Positions 21,404 to 34,476 of a stretch of 64,000 nt of DNA are shown here, piece after piece (positions within the stretch are counted from its first letter, which is position 1; every line of letters starts with the position of its first letter). The position numbers were made by a program, and so were the translations under genes. The stretch covers positions 308 to 64,307 of the forward strand of contig VEQY01000016.1 in the NCBI GenBank assembly GCA_018882965.1, read 5' to 3'. Under the pieces are notes generated by a model that did not search any database, was not told the origin of the DNA, and saw only the letters and a program-made list of their open reading frames with translations. This DNA comes from Mycobacterium sp. GTDB lineage: Bacteria > Actinomycetota > Actinomycetes > Mycobacteriales > Mycobacteriaceae.

Positions 21404-21979
21404 GTGGCCGAACCGTTGCTGGTGGTCGGCCTGGGCAATCCCGGACCGCAGTACGCCAAGACCCGCCACAACGTCGGGTTCATGGTCGCCGACCTGCTGG
21501 CCGACCGGATCGGCGCGGCGTTCAAGGTGCACAAGCGCTCCGGCGCCGACGTGGTCACCGGCCGTCTCGCGCACCGGCCGGTCGTGCTGGCCAAGCCGCG
21601 CTGCTTCATGAACGAATCCGGCCGCCAGGTCGGACCGCTGGCGAAGTTCTACTCGGTGAACCCGGCCGACGTCCTGGTCATCCATGACGACCTCGATCTG
21701 GACTTCGGGCTGATCCGGCTCAAGACCGGCGGTGGCGAGGGCGGGCACAACGGACTGCGCTCGGTGGCCACCGCGTTGGGCACCAAGGACTTCCAGCGGG
21801 TCCGTATGGGGATCGGCCGACCGCCCGGACGCAAGGACCCCGCGGCATTCGTGCTGGAACCCTTCACCGCCGCCGAACGCGCGCAGGTGCCCACGATCTG
21901 CGAGCAGGCCGCCGACGCCACCGAGTTGCTGATCGACCTGGGCCTGGAGGCCGCGCAGAACCAGGTTCATGCCTGGTAG
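21404..21979 (+). CDS. pth: Peptidyl-tRNA hydrolase
   Basis: [30 protein letters not shown]. Confidence 0.98.
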   Translation: MAEPLLVVGLGNPGPQYAKTRHNVGFMVADLLADRIGAAFKVHKRSGADVVTGRLAHRPVVLAKPRCFMNESGRQVGPLAKFYSVNPADVLVIHDDLDLDFGLIRLKTGGGEGGHNGLRSVATALGTKDFQRVRMGIGRPPGRKDPAAFVLEPFTAAERAQVPTICEQAADATELLIDLGLEAAQNQVHAW

Positions 21980-23948
21980 CACCGACCCGGGCGCGACAGT
22001 CGACGACGGCGAACGGCCGGGCCGCACGCTGTCCGGTCCCGCCGGCCGCGCGGTGGGGGCGGTGGCCTTCGCCGTCGCGGTGCTGGCCGTCTGGCAGGTC
22101 TTCCGGCCGCTGCCGCAGGGCAGCCAGTACTACCTGATCGTCTTTCTCGCCGCGTCGCTGCCGCTGGTGTTCGTGCTCTATCCGCGCAGCAGTCGCTCCC
22201 GGCGCGACGACCGGCCCGGCGTCGCCGACTGGGTGCTGGCCGCCGCAGCGCTGGCGGTCTGCCTCTACCCGCTGGCGCCGATGCGGATCGGCGGTGGCGG
22301 CGGGGGCTACGACGCGTTCCTCGACCGCCAGGGCCTGCTGGAGCCGACCGACGTGGTGATGGGAACGCTGCTACTGGCGCTGATCCTGGAGGCCTGCCGG
22401 CGTACCACCGGCTGGGCGCTGCCGATCGTGTGCGCGGCGTTTCTGGCCTACGGCTACTACGGCGGGCTGCTGCCCCAGGACTGGGCGATCGCCCATGCCG
22501 GGCTGGACTTCGACCAGATCGTCGACGCCCTCTACAACTCCGGCAGCGGATTCTTCGGCACCCCGCTGGACGTGGCGGCAACCTACATCGTGCTGTTCAC
22601 GATCTACGGGGTGGTGCTCGAATTCTCCGGCGGCGCAACCTTCTTCGTCAATCTATCGGTTGCGGCGTTCCGCCGCTCCCGCAGCGCCGCGGGCCGCACC
22701 ACGGTGGCCTCCGGATTCCTGCTCGGAACGGTATCGGGTTCGGGGACGGCGACGGCGGTCACCGTCGGCGCGGTCACCTGGCCGATCATGCATCGCGCGG
22801 GGTACACCCCGGAACGGGCCGGCGGCGTGCTGGCCGCCGCGGGGGTGGGCGCCCTGCTGTCCCCGCCGACACTGGGCGCGGCGGCGTTCATCGTCGCCGA
22901 GTACCTGCAGGTCTCCTATCTGACCGTGCTCGGCTGGGCGCTGATCCCGACCCTGCTGTACTACCTGGGGATCCTGCTGGCGGTGGAGATCGACGCGCGC
23001 CGCTTCGGCATGCGGGCCGTCGCCGGGGCGGACGGCCCCTCCCCGTGGCGGCTGCTGGCCCGCTTCGGCTACCACTTCGCGTCGCTGCTCGCCATCGTGG
23101 TCCTGCTCGCGCTGGGGGTCTCGGCGACGCGCGCGGTCGTCTACGCGACCGCGCTGGCGGTGCTGCTGTCCTTCCTGGATCCGCATGCGCGGCTGACCCC
23201 CGCGCGGCTCTACGGCGCGCTCAGTGCGGGTGTGCGGGGGGTGCTGCCGGCGGTGGCGGTCTGCGCCGCCGCGGGCGTCATCACCGCCATGACGACGAAA
23301 ACCGGGCTGGGCGCGCAGGTTTCGTCGGTTCTGGTCGGCGGGGTCGGCGCGATCACCGACAACCGCACCCTGATGCTGGCGCTGACCGCCGTGCTGGCGG
23401 CCATCGCCCTGGCGATCCTCGGCCTGGCGGTGCCGGTGACGGCCTCGTTCGTGATCGGCTGGGTGGTGATCGGCCCGGCGCTCTTGGCGCTGGACGTGCC
23501 CGCACCCGCGGCGGCGATGTTCGTCTTCTACTACTCGGTGCTCTCCGAGGTCACCCCGCCGACCGCACTGGCCGCCGTGGGCGCGTCGGCGGTCACCGGC
23601 GGGAGGGCGATCCCGACGATGTGGCAGGCGCTGCGCTACGCCGCGCCGGCCTTCCTGGTCCCGGTGGCGTTCGTGCTGACCTCGCCCGGGGAGTACCTGC
23701 TGGGCCGGGGGCCGCTGGCGGGGGTGCTGTGGGCCGGCGCGGTAGCGGCGCTGGGCATCGCCGCGCTGTCGTTCACCACCGGCGGCTGGCTGCTCGGCGC
23801 CGGGCCGGCCGGGCCGGCCCCGCGAGTGCTCAGCGGGCTCGCCGCCGTCCTGCTGCTGTTCCTCGACCCGCGCACCATCGCGGCCGGCTCGGCTTGTCTG
23901 TTCGCCGCCGCCGTGCTCACAATCATCCAAAGAAGGAGACGCGAATGA
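21969..23948 (+). CDS. TRAP transporter fused 4TM/12TM permease (TAXI-type)
   Basis: Polytopic; [43 protein letters not shown] motifs. Confidence 0.9.
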   Translation: MPGSTDPGATVDDGERPGRTLSGPAGRAVGAVAFAVAVLAVWQVFRPLPQGSQYYLIVFLAASLPLVFVLYPRSSRSRRDDRPGVADWVLAAAALAVCLYPLAPMRIGGGGGGYDAFLDRQGLLEPTDVVMGTLLLALILEACRRTTGWALPIVCAAFLAYGYYGGLLPQDWAIAHAGLDFDQIVDALYNSGSGFFGTPLDVAATYIVLFTIYGVVLEFSGGATFFVNLSVAAFRRSRSAAGRTTVASGFLLGTVSGSGTATAVTVGAVTWPIMHRAGYTPERAGGVLAAAGVGALLSPPTLGAAAFIVAEYLQVSYLTVLGWALIPTLLYYLGILLAVEIDARRFGMRAVAGADGPSPWRLLARFGYHFASLLAIVVLLALGVSATRAVVYATALAVLLSFLDPHARLTPARLYGALSAGVRGVLPAVAVCAAAGVITAMTTKTGLGAQVSSVLVGGVGAITDNRTLMLALTAVLAAIALAILGLAVPVTASFVIGWVVIGPALLALDVPAPAAAMFVFYYSVLSEVTPPTALAAVGASAVTGGRAIPTMWQALRYAAPAFLVPVAFVLTSPGEYLLGRGPLAGVLWAGAVAALGIAALSFTTGGWLLGAGPAGPAPRVLSGLAAVLLLFLDPRTIAAGSACLFAAAVLTIIQRRRRE

Positions 23949-24955
23949 GGAAAACCACAGCCGCGGTGGCGGTGCTGATGCTGACCGCCGCGGCCACGGC
24001 GGGCTGCGGCGGGCGCAAGGACGCCCCGGCCGCCGACGCCGGCGGGCAGATCACCTGCGAGGTCGACACCGACACCCGCGTCGGGATCGCGACCGGCAAC
24101 GCCACCGGGGTGTACTTCTCGCTGGGCAACGCCTACGCCGAGCAGATCGCGGCGGCGACCGACGGCAAGCTCAAGGCCACCGCCGCCGAGACCGGCGCGT
24201 CGGTGCAGAACATCCAGCAACTGGTCGCCGGCACCTACCAGGTGGCTTTCGCACTTGCCGACACCGCATCCGACGCGGTGGCCGGCACGGGCAGCTTCGA
24301 AGGCAAAACCCAACCCGTGCAGGCACTCTCGCGTATCTATCCGAACTACACCCAGGTGATCGCCCGCACCGACAGTGGCATCGCCTCCCTGGCCGACATG
24401 CGCGGCAAGCGCGTCTCGACCGGCTCGCCGGGATCGGGCACCGAGGTCATCGCCAACCGGCTGCTGCAGAGCGCCGGACTGAACCCCGACACCGACGTCG
24501 CCGCCCAGCGCCTCGACCTGACCAAGACCGTCGACGGGATGAAGGACGGCTCGATCGACGCGCTGTTCTTCTCCGGCGGCCTGCCCACGCCGGGCATCAC
24601 CGACCTGATGACCTCGGCGCGCGACGAGGTGAGCTTCGTCGACGTCAGCCCGCAGCTGCCCGGCCTGCAGCAGATCAGCCCGGCCTACCAGCCGGGGGTG
24701 ATCCCGGCGGCGGCCTACGGGCTGCCCGCCGACGTCCCGACCGTGGTGGTGGCCAACCTGCTGCTGGTCCGCGACGACTTCGACGCCAATCTGGCGTGCG
24801 TGCTCACCCGGGCGCTCTTCGACCGCAAGACACAGCTCGAGCAGGCCGTCGCCGCGGCCAAGGGCATCAGCCTCGATACCGCGCGTGACACCGCCCCGGT
24901 ACCACTGAACCGTGGCGCGCAGCGGGCGCTCGACGAGCTGGGTGCTGCCGGCTGA
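23945..24955 (+). CDS. TAXI-family TRAP solute-binding lipoprotein
   Basis: ATGA overlap with the permease; lipobox TAGC; IATGNATGVYF, TGASVQN, RVSTGSPGSGTE. Confidence 0.92.
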   Translation: MRKTTAAVAVLMLTAAATAGCGGRKDAPAADAGGQITCEVDTDTRVGIATGNATGVYFSLGNAYAEQIAAATDGKLKATAAETGASVQNIQQLVAGTYQVAFALADTASDAVAGTGSFEGKTQPVQALSRIYPNYTQVIARTDSGIASLADMRGKRVSTGSPGSGTEVIANRLLQSAGLNPDTDVAAQRLDLTKTVDGMKDGSIDALFFSGGLPTPGITDLMTSARDEVSFVDVSPQLPGLQQISPAYQPGVIPAAAYGLPADVPTVVVANLLLVRDDFDANLACVLTRALFDRKTQLEQAVAAAKGISLDTARDTAPVPLNRGAQRALDELGAAG

Positions 24956-24961
24956 GTCGGC

Positions 24962-26596
24962 TCAGGTGACCAGGCCCACCGAGTTGGCCCGGCGCAGCTT
25001 TCCCGACGGCGTCTTGGGGATGGTGCCCGGACCCAGCACCACCACGTTGCGCGGGCGCACGTCGACCTCGGCGACGACTTCGTGGGCCACCTGCTGCTCG
25101 ATGCGGCGCACCTCGGCGGGGTCCTCCCAGGCGTTGGACTCCACCGCGACCGCGAAGGTCTCCCGGGAGTGCCCGGCGTCCAGGCGCACCGCCACCGCGC
25201 AGCCCGGGCGCACCCCGTCCACGCGGCCGGCCGCACGTTCGATGTCGGTCGGGTAGATGTTGCGCCCGGCCATGATGATGACGTCCTTGACCCGGCCGCA
25301 CACCACCACGTTGCCCTCCTCGGTGAGGTAGCCGAGGTCGCCGGTGTCATACCAGCCGTTCTCGTCCTGCGCGGGCACGAAACCGCCCATGGTGAGATAG
25401 CCCGGCGTCAGCGACTCGCCGCGAAGTTCGATGATGCCCACCCCGCGCGCGGGCAGCACGTTGCCGTCCTCGTCGACGATGCGTGCCTCGAGGTCCTGCA
25501 GCAGCGGCCCGAGCGTGGCCAGCCGGCGCACGTTGCCCCGCGAGGTGGGCACCGCGCGGCGCAGCGCCGCCAGCAGGTCGGCGTCGACCTCGTCGACCAC
25601 CAGACCCGCACCGCACGGGGAGAACGACACCGCCAGGGTGGTCTCGGCCATGCCGTAGGCGGGCAGGATCGCGTTCTCGCTCAGGCCGAACGGCGCGCCG
25701 GCGTCGATCAGGTCCTCGACGTCGGCCGGCTCGACCGGCTCGGCACCCGAGAGCGCGAAGCGCAGCGTGGACAGGTCGAACTCGCCGGGCTTGGCCTGCC
25801 GGCGCAGCCGCTTGGCGAACAGCGCGTAGGCGAAGTTCGGCGCGGCGGTCATGGTGCCCCGGTACTTGTCGATGAGCTTGGCCCACAGCAGGGTGTCGCG
25901 CAGGAAGTCCAGCGGGGTGACCTTGACCAGTTCGGCGCCGAAGTACATCGGGATGGTCAGGAACCCGACCATGCCCATGTCGTGGAAGCAGGGCAGCCAG
26001 CTGACCATGACGTCGGTCTCGACGTCGTACTCCGCGCCGACGAACATCGCCTCGGCGTTGGAGTGGATGTTGCGGTGGGTGATCACCACCGCCTTGGGCG
26101 AGCCGGTCGAGCCCGACGTCAGCTGCATGAGCGCGACGTCGTCCTCACCGGTGGGCACCGGGTCGCCGGGCGCCGACGCCAGCAGCGACTCCACGGTCAG
26201 CACCTTCACGCCGCGCTGCTCGAGCACCGGCACCGCCGGCAGGAACGGATCGGACACCACGACCGCGCGGGCGTCGATCATGTCGATCACGTTGCTGGTG
26301 TCCGCGGCCCAGTGCTCGAGGTCGGTGCGCGGGGTGGGCTGGTGCAGCATGGTCAGGCTCGCGCCGCGCATCCACAGCGCCTGCGCGGTCGGGGCGATCT
26401 CCACTGGCGCCCCGGCCAGCACGCCCACCGCGTCGCCGTGGCCGACCCCGGCCGCGGCCAGGCCGCCGGCGATGCGCCGTGCGCGTTCGTGGACCTCGCG
26501 CCAGGTGTGCCGAACCGGCTCGTGCGGTTCCCCGGTGACCATGCCCTTGGTGCTCGTCATCGCGCTGCGGAACATGTTCTCGGTGAACCGGCTCAC
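24962..26596 (-). CDS. pks16: Long-chain fatty acyl-AMP ligase (Rv1013/Pks16 homolog), 544 aa
   Basis: [39 protein letters not shown]; GAGGAGG RBS before GTG 26596. Confidence 0.92.
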   Translation of the reverse strand: MSRFTENMFRSAMTSTKGMVTGEPHEPVRHTWREVHERARRIAGGLAAAGVGHGDAVGVLAGAPVEIAPTAQALWMRGASLTMLHQPTPRTDLEHWAADTSNVIDMIDARAVVVSDPFLPAVPVLEQRGVKVLTVESLLASAPGDPVPTGEDDVALMQLTSGSTGSPKAVVITHRNIHSNAEAMFVGAEYDVETDVMVSWLPCFHDMGMVGFLTIPMYFGAELVKVTPLDFLRDTLLWAKLIDKYRGTMTAAPNFAYALFAKRLRRQAKPGEFDLSTLRFALSGAEPVEPADVEDLIDAGAPFGLSENAILPAYGMAETTLAVSFSPCGAGLVVDEVDADLLAALRRAVPTSRGNVRRLATLGPLLQDLEARIVDEDGNVLPARGVGIIELRGESLTPGYLTMGGFVPAQDENGWYDTGDLGYLTEEGNVVVCGRVKDVIIMAGRNIYPTDIERAAGRVDGVRPGCAVAVRLDAGHSRETFAVAVESNAWEDPAEVRRIEQQVAHEVVAEVDVRPRNVVVLGPGTIPKTPSGKLRRANSVGLVT

Positions 26597-26747
26597 ACTG
26601 GCCTCCTCGCCGTACGGCTCGTTCGGACCTTCATGCTCCGCCCGGGGCGCCGCTTCATCGTCGCGGCACGCCTGCACAAGAGGGGAGCGTTTCGGTCTCG
26701 ACTCGATGATCTTAGACTTCCCTTAATTTGGTGCCAAGCCGCCCTGC

Positions 26748-27701
26748 TCACGGGCCCGGGGAGGCCGTCGGCACCACCCGGGCGCCGTGCACCGGCCCGC
26801 TGGCCACCCGGACCGCGCGGCACACCCCCGCTCCGGCCAGCTCGGTGCCGACGTCCACCGCCGCGCCGGCCGAGGCACACAGGAACGCGCAGGTCGGCCC
26901 CGATCCCGAGACGATGCCGGCCAGCGCGCCGGCCTCGGTGCCCGCGCGCAGGGTGCGCCGCAGCACAGGCGCCAGGCTCAGCGCCGCCGGCTGCAGGTCG
27001 TTGCCCAGCAGCGGGGCCAGCTGCTGCGGGTCGCCGGCCGACAGCGCGGTCAGCAGCGGCTCGGGGTCGGACAGCCGGGGCGGCTCGCCCGCCTCGCGCA
27101 AGCGGTCGATCTCGGCGTAGACCGTCCCCGCCGACAGCCCGCCGTCACCGAAGGCCAGCACCCAGTGGAAGGTGGTGCGCGCCAGCACGGTGGTCAGGTC
27201 CTCGCCCCGGCCGGTTCCCAGCGCGGTGCCGCCGTGCAGGGCGAACGGGACGTCGCTGCCCAGCTCGGCAGCCATCGCATGCAGGTCGCGGCGGGCCACC
27301 CCCAACTCCCACAGCGAGTTCATGCCCACCAGGACCGCCGCGGCGTCGGCGCTGCCGCCCGCCATTCCCCCGGCCACCGGGATCGACTTGTCGACGGTGA
27401 TCTCCACGTCGGGGGCACGGCCGACGTGCTCGGCCATCAGCTCGGCGGCCTGCCAGGCCAGGTTGCGCTCGTCCGTGGGCACCTCGTCGGCGCCCTCCCC
27501 GATCAGCCGCAGCGAGAGCACGTCGGCGTTGCGCACGGTGACCTCGTCGACCAGCGAGACGGCGTGGAAGACGGTGGTCAGTTCGTGGTAGCCGTCGGGG
27601 CGCTGATCGCCGACCTCCAGATAGAGGTTCACCTTCCCGGGGACCCGCACCGTCACCGAACCGGTGGGCACCCACTGGCGGGCGGTGTTGCCGAGGGACA
27701 C
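26748..27701 (-). CDS. ispE: 4-diphosphocytidyl-2-C-methyl-D-erythritol kinase
   Basis: [32 protein letters not shown]; TACCCT 6 nt upstream suggests a leaderless start. Confidence 0.97.
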   Translation of the reverse strand: MSLGNTARQWVPTGSVTVRVPGKVNLYLEVGDQRPDGYHELTTVFHAVSLVDEVTVRNADVLSLRLIGEGADEVPTDERNLAWQAAELMAEHVGRAPDVEITVDKSIPVAGGMAGGSADAAAVLVGMNSLWELGVARRDLHAMAAELGSDVPFALHGGTALGTGRGEDLTTVLARTTFHWVLAFGDGGLSAGTVYAEIDRLREAGEPPRLSDPEPLLTALSAGDPQQLAPLLGNDLQPAALSLAPVLRRTLRAGTEAGALAGIVSGSGPTCAFLCASAGAAVDVGTELAGAGVCRAVRVASGPVHGARVVPTASPGP

Positions 27702-27722
27702 CGCACGAGGGTAGCGCGGCGC

Positions 27723-29873
<2,151 letters not shown>

Positions 29874-29883
<10 letters not shown>

Positions 29884-30704
29884 TTGTAGACCCGCCGGGC
29901 GGTCGCGGTGGTCTCCTCGGCGAGCTCCTCGGCGGGCCGGTCGAGCAGCTCGGCCAGCGCGCGGACGGTGTAGGGCAGGCAGTAGGGCTCGTTGGGTGCC
30001 CCGCGGTAGGGGTGCGGGGTCAGAAACGGCGCGTCGGTCTCGACCAGCAGCTGCCCGGGCGGGATGAGCGCGGCGGCTTCGCGCAGCGCGGCGGCGTTGC
30101 GGAAGCTCACCGTGCCCGACAGGCTGAGCACCCACCCGTTCCCGATGCACGTGCGCGCCATCTGCGGGCCCGAGGAGAAGCAGTGCAGGATCACGGTTTC
30201 CGGGGCGCCCTCGGCGCGCAGCACGTCGAGCACCTCCGCGTCGGCGTCGCGGTTGTGGATCATCAGCGGCTTGCCGATCCGCTTGGCCAGGTCGATGTGC
30301 CAGGCGAACGCCTCGCGCTGCACCTCGACCGGCGCGCAGCCCTCCAGCCGGCCGGGCCAGTAGAGGTCCACGCCGGTCTCGCCGACCGCCACCACCCGCG
30401 GGCCAGCCGCGAGTTCCTCGATCTCGGCGCGGGCGGGCCCGCTCAGGTGCGCGGCACGGGTGGGGTGCAGCGCGACCGCCGCGTAGACGCGGTCGTCCCA
30501 CTGCGCGGCGGCCGCGGCCCAGCGGGCGGAGTCCAGATCGTCGGCGACGGTCACCATCGCGCCGACCCCCACCGCCTCGGCGCGATCAGCGACGGCGGCC
30601 ACCTCCACGGTGCCGCGCGCGCCGCACGCGTCGAGGTGGGTATGGGCGTCGACCAGCGGCATCAGCGGCGGCGGAGGCGGCGGTGCCGGACGGTTGCGAC
30701 CCAC
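29874..30704 (-). CDS. tatD: TatD family DNase/hydrolase (Rv1008 homolog), probable leaderless GTG start
   Basis: LVDAHTHLD, VAVGETGVD, LMIHNRDA, LHCFS, LLVETDAPFL. Confidence 0.95.
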
Positions 30705-30729
30705 CGCAACACCATAAGGTGATGCTGAC

Positions 30730-32316
30730 ATGAGCGAGCCCTTCTACATCACCACCGCGATCGCCTACCCCAACGGCGCGCCGCACGTCGGGCACGCCTA
30801 CGAGTTCATCGCCACCGACGCGATCGCCCGGTTCAAGAGGCTCGACGGGTTCGACGTCCGCTTCCTGACCGGCACCGACGAGCACGGCCTGAAGATGGCC
30901 CAGGCGGCTGCGGCCGAGGGCATCCCCACCGCCGAGTTCGCCCGGCGCAACTCCGACGAGTTCGAGCGCCTCGCCGCGCTGCTCGACATCTCCTACGACC
31001 GCTTCATCCGCACCACCGACCCCGACCACTACACCGCGTCGGCGGCGATCTGGCAGCGGATGGCCGACAACGGAGACATCTACTCCGACACCTACTCCGG
31101 CTGGTACTCGGTGCGCGACGAGCGGTTCTTCACCGAGGCCGAGACGTCCACCGGGCCCGACGGCGTGCGGGTGGCCACCGAGACGGGTACGCCGGTGACC
31201 TGGACAGAGGAGCAGACGTATTTCTTCCGGCTGTCGGCCTACGCCGACAAACTGCTGTCGCACTACGCCGAGCACCCCGACTTCATCGCGCCGGCCGTGC
31301 GGCGCAACGAGGTGGTCAGCTTCGTCTCCGGCGGCCTGCGTGACCTGTCGATCTCACGGACCTCCTTCGACTGGGGCGTGCCGGTGCCCGGCGATCCCGA
31401 GCACGTGATGTACGTGTGGGTTGACGCCCTCACCAATTACCTGACCGGCGTCGGCTATCCGGATACCGATTCCGATCTCTACCAACGGTATTGGCCGGCG
31501 GATGTGCACATGATCGGCAAGGACATCATCCGGTTCCATACCGTGTACTGGCCCGCTTTCCTGATGTCGGCCGGAATCCCATTGCCGCGCAGGGTCTTCG
31601 CGCACGGCTTCCTGTTGGTTCGCGGTGAGAAGATGAGCAAGTCGGTCGGCAACGTCGTCGATCCGGTTGCGCTGGTGGACGCCTTCGGGGTGGACCAGGT
31701 GCGCTACTTCCTGCTGCGCGAGGTGCCGTTCGGCCAGGACGGCAGCTACAGCGAGGAGGCCATCGTCACCCGGATCAACACCGACCTGGCCAACGAACTG
31801 GGCAACCTGGCGCAGCGCTCGCTGTCGATGGTGAACAAGAACCTCGGCGGGGCGGTTCCCGAGCCGGGCGCCTTCAGCGCCGAGGACACCGCACTGCTCG
31901 AGCTGGCCGACGGTCTGCTGGCGCGGGCTCGCGCCGCCTTCGACGACCAGGCCATGCACCTGGCGCTCGAGGCGATCTGGCTGATGCTCGGTGAGGCCAA
32001 CCGCTACTTCTCCGCCCAGCAGCCGTGGGTGCTGCGCAAGTCCGACGCGGAGGCCGACCAGGCCCGCTTCCGCACCGTGCTCTACACCACACTGGAGGCG
32101 GTCCGCATCGCCGCGATCCTGACACAGCCGGTGATGCCGGCCTCGGCGGGCGCGCTGCTCGACCAGCTTGGCCAGGCCGCCGACGCGCGCGACTTCGCCG
32201 CGCTGGGCACCCGGATCGCCCCCGGCACCGCCCTGCCCGCCCCGTCCGGCGTCTTCCCCCGCTACGAGACCCCCCCGTCCCCCCCGTCCCCCCCGTCCCC
32301 CGGCGAGCAGACGTAA
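30730..32316 (+). CDS. metG: Methionine--tRNA ligase with a repeat-derived C-terminal tail [14 protein letters not shown]
   Basis: PHVGH (HIGH), KMSKS, TGTDEHG. Confidence 0.99.
   Translation: MSEPFYITTAIAYPNGAPHVGHAYEFIATDAIARFKRLDGFDVRFLTGTDEHGLKMAQAAAAEGIPTAEFARRNSDEFERLAALLDISYDRFIRTTDPDHYTASAAIWQRMADNGDIYSDTYSGWYSVRDERFFTEAETSTGPDGVRVATETGTPVTWTEEQTYFFRLSAYADKLLSHYAEHPDFIAPAVRRNEVVSFVSGGLRDLSISRTSFDWGVPVPGDPEHVMYVWVDALTNYLTGVGYPDTDSDLYQRYWPADVHMIGKDIIRFHTVYWPAFLMSAGIPLPRRVFAHGFLLVRGEKMSKSVGNVVDPVALVDAFGVDQVRYFLLREVPFGQDGSYSEEAIVTRINTDLANELGNLAQRSLSMVNKNLGGAVPEPGAFSAEDTALLELADGLLARARAAFDDQAMHLALEAIWLMLGEANRYFSAQQPWVLRKSDAEADQARFRTVLYTTLEAVRIAAILTQPVMPASAGALLDQLGQAADARDFAALGTRIAPGTALPAPSGVFPRYETPPSPPSPPSPGEQT
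32270..32301. repeat. (C7GT)3C5 9-bp tandem repeat; G5-AC-G7-AC-G7-AC-G7 on the minus strand
   Basis: Read directly from the sequence. Confidence 0.95.
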
Positions 32317-32362
32317 AGGTCCCCATTTCACGGCGTGTCGGGAGTACTTTGCGTCTGCTCGC
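32303..32362. repeat. Mycobacterial REP-type hairpin (GCGAGCAGACG.AAA family) spanning the metG stop codon
   Basis: GCGAGCAGACGTAAAG (32303-18) pairs with CTTTGCGTCTGCTCGC (32347-62): 16 bp including one G-U pair. Confidence 0.85.
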
Positions 32363-32383
32363 GGAGGGGGCCAAGCTAAGTGG

Positions 32384-33631
32384 ATGCTGACGGAGCGGCT
32401 GGGCGCGCTGGGGTCGCCCGCCGCGGTGCTGCGTGCGGTGGCTGCGGGAACCCGGCGCCACCACCTGCCCCCGCCGGCCGCCCTGACCGGTGAGTGGTTC
32501 GGCTCGGGCGCGGTGATCGCACCGACGGTGCGAATCGATCCGGTCGACCCGGCCGCGGTGTTCGACGTGCCGACCGGGCGACCCGCCGACGCCGTCGGCG
32601 GCGGGTGGATCGGCTACCTGTCCTACCCCGACCCCGGTGCTGACGGCGCGCCGCCGCGCATCCCGGCCGCGGCGGGCGGCTGGACGGACAGCGTGCTGCG
32701 CCTCGACGCCGGTGGATGCTGGTGGTTCGAAAGCCTGGACGGCGCCGGCCCGCCGGACTGGCTCGCCGCCGCTCTGGAGGGCGCACCGGCCCGCACGCCC
32801 TGCGACATCCGCTGGAGCCCGCCCGATTTCGCCGCCCACCGCGCCGGCGTGCTGGCGTGCCTGGAGGCGATCCGCGCCGGCGAGGTCTACCAGGCGTGCG
32901 TGTGCACCCAGTTCACCGGCGCGGTCTCCGGATGCCCACTGGAGTTCTTCGCCGACGCCGTCGAACGCACCTTGCCCGCGCGGGCTGCCTACCTGGCCGG
33001 CGGGTGGGGGGCGGTGGCCTCGCTGTCTCCGGAACTGTTCCTGCGCCGCGCCGGCGAACAGGTGGCCTCCAGTCCGATCAAGGGCACCCTGCCGCTGCAC
33101 CTGCCGCCGACGCGGCTGCGGGACTCGGCCAAGGACGTCGCCGAGAACATCATGATCGTCGATCTGGTACGCAACGATCTGGGCCGCGTCGCCGACACCG
33201 GATCGGTGAGCGTGCCCGAACTGCTGACCGTCCGGCCCGCCCCCGGGGTGTGGCACCTGGTCTCGACGGTGTCGGCGCGGGTGTCCACCGATCTGCCGAA
33301 CGCGGCCCTGCTGGAGGCCGCCTTCCCGCCCGCCTCGGTCACCGGCACACCCAAAGTCCGCGCACGCCAACTGCTTTCGCAGTGGGAACCGCGCGGACGC
33401 GGGGTCTACTGCGGCACCGTCGGGCTGGCCTCGCCGCTGGCGGGCTGCGAACTCAACGTGGCCATCCGCACCGTCGAGTTCGACGCGCACGGCGGCGCGG
33501 TGCTCGGCGTGGGGGGCGGCATCACCGCCGACTCCGATCCCGCCGCCGAGTGGCAGGAGTGCCTGGACAAGGCCGCCCCGATCGTCGGCCCGGCCGCCGG
33601 TCAGCCCCGCGCCTGCAGCACAGCCTCGTAG
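32384..33631 (+). CDS. pabB: Aminodeoxychorismate synthase component I (Rv1005c homolog)
   Basis: GEVYQA, SPELFL, SPIKGT, AENIMIVDLVRNDLGRV, LNVAIRT, GVGGGITADS. Confidence 0.9.
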   Translation: MLTERLGALGSPAAVLRAVAAGTRRHHLPPPAALTGEWFGSGAVIAPTVRIDPVDPAAVFDVPTGRPADAVGGGWIGYLSYPDPGADGAPPRIPAAAGGWTDSVLRLDAGGCWWFESLDGAGPPDWLAAALEGAPARTPCDIRWSPPDFAAHRAGVLACLEAIRAGEVYQACVCTQFTGAVSGCPLEFFADAVERTLPARAAYLAGGWGAVASLSPELFLRRAGEQVASSPIKGTLPLHLPPTRLRDSAKDVAENIMIVDLVRNDLGRVADTGSVSVPELLTVRPAPGVWHLVSTVSARVSTDLPNAALLEAAFPPASVTGTPKVRARQLLSQWEPRGRGVYCGTVGLASPLAGCELNVAIRTVEFDAHGGAVLGVGGGITADSDPAAEWQECLDKAAPIVGPAAGQPRACSTAS

Positions 33632-34437
33632 AGCGCGCGCCGCGACACCGCGCCGGGGTTGTCGGCCACCACCTGCGCGCAGGCGTCCTTCACCCGCATC
33701 CCGGTGTCGACGAGCACGCCGACCTCGGCCACCAGCGACCCGACGTCGGTGGGTGCGGACGCGCCGGCCAGCACCACGGTGACCTCCCCGAGCACTCCCT
33801 CGGCAGCCCACTCGGCCAGTTCCGCCAGCATGCCGCGGCGAATCTCCTCGTGCTCCTTGGTCAGCTCGCGGCACACCACCGCGCGGCGCTGCCCGCCGAG
33901 GACGTCGGCGGCGTCGCGCAGCAGCCCCGCCAGCCGCCGCGGAGACTCGAAGAACACCACCGTGCGCGCCTCGGCCGCCAGGCCGGCCAGCCAGCGCCGC
34001 CGCGCCGAGGTGCCGCGCGGGGGAAACCCCTCGAAACAGAACCGGTCGGTGGGCAGACCGGAGACGGCCAGCGCGGTGGTCACCGCTGAGGGGCCCGGCA
34101 GACACGTCACCGTCAGCCCGGCGGCCGCGCAGGCACTCACCACCCGGTAGCCGGGGTCGTTGATCAGCGGCGTCCCGGCGTCGCTGACCAGCAGCACGGT
34201 GGCACCGCCGGCGATCTCCTCCAGCAGCGCCGGCACCCGGGTGGCCTCGTTGGCGTCGTAGAGGCTGACCACCCGGCCACCGATCGTCACCCCCAGCGCC
34301 CGCGCCAGCGCGCGCACGCGGCGGGTGTCCTCGGCGGCCACGACGTCGGCGGAGGCCAACGCCTCGGCCAGCCGCCCCGACGCGTCGAGGGGCTGGCCCA
34401 GCGGCGTCGCTCCGAGCAGCAGGCGACCGCCCGTCAT
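33601..34437 (-). CDS. rsmI: 16S rRNA C1402 2'-O-methyltransferase
   Basis: ATPLG, AAEDTRR, SDAGTPLINDPG, FESPRR, RELTK.HEE. Confidence 0.96.
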   Translation of the reverse strand: MTGGRLLLGATPLGQPLDASGRLAEALASADVVAAEDTRRVRALARALGVTIGGRVVSLYDANEATRVPALLEEIAGGATVLLVSDAGTPLINDPGYRVVSACAAAGLTVTCLPGPSAVTTALAVSGLPTDRFCFEGFPPRGTSARRRWLAGLAAEARTVVFFESPRRLAGLLRDAADVLGGQRRAVVCRELTKEHEEIRRGMLAELAEWAAEGVLGEVTVVLAGASAPTDVGSLVAEVGVLVDTGMRVKDACAQVVADNPGAVSRRALYEAVLQARG

Positions 34438-34476
34438 GACACAGAGCCCATGGCAGAGAGCCTACGATCGCTACCG

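Noticed and set aside
24952-24965. CTGAG-TCGG-CTCAG hairpin between the TAXI gene and pks16
   Set aside because: 5-bp stem largely created by two converging TGA codons; too weak to call a terminator
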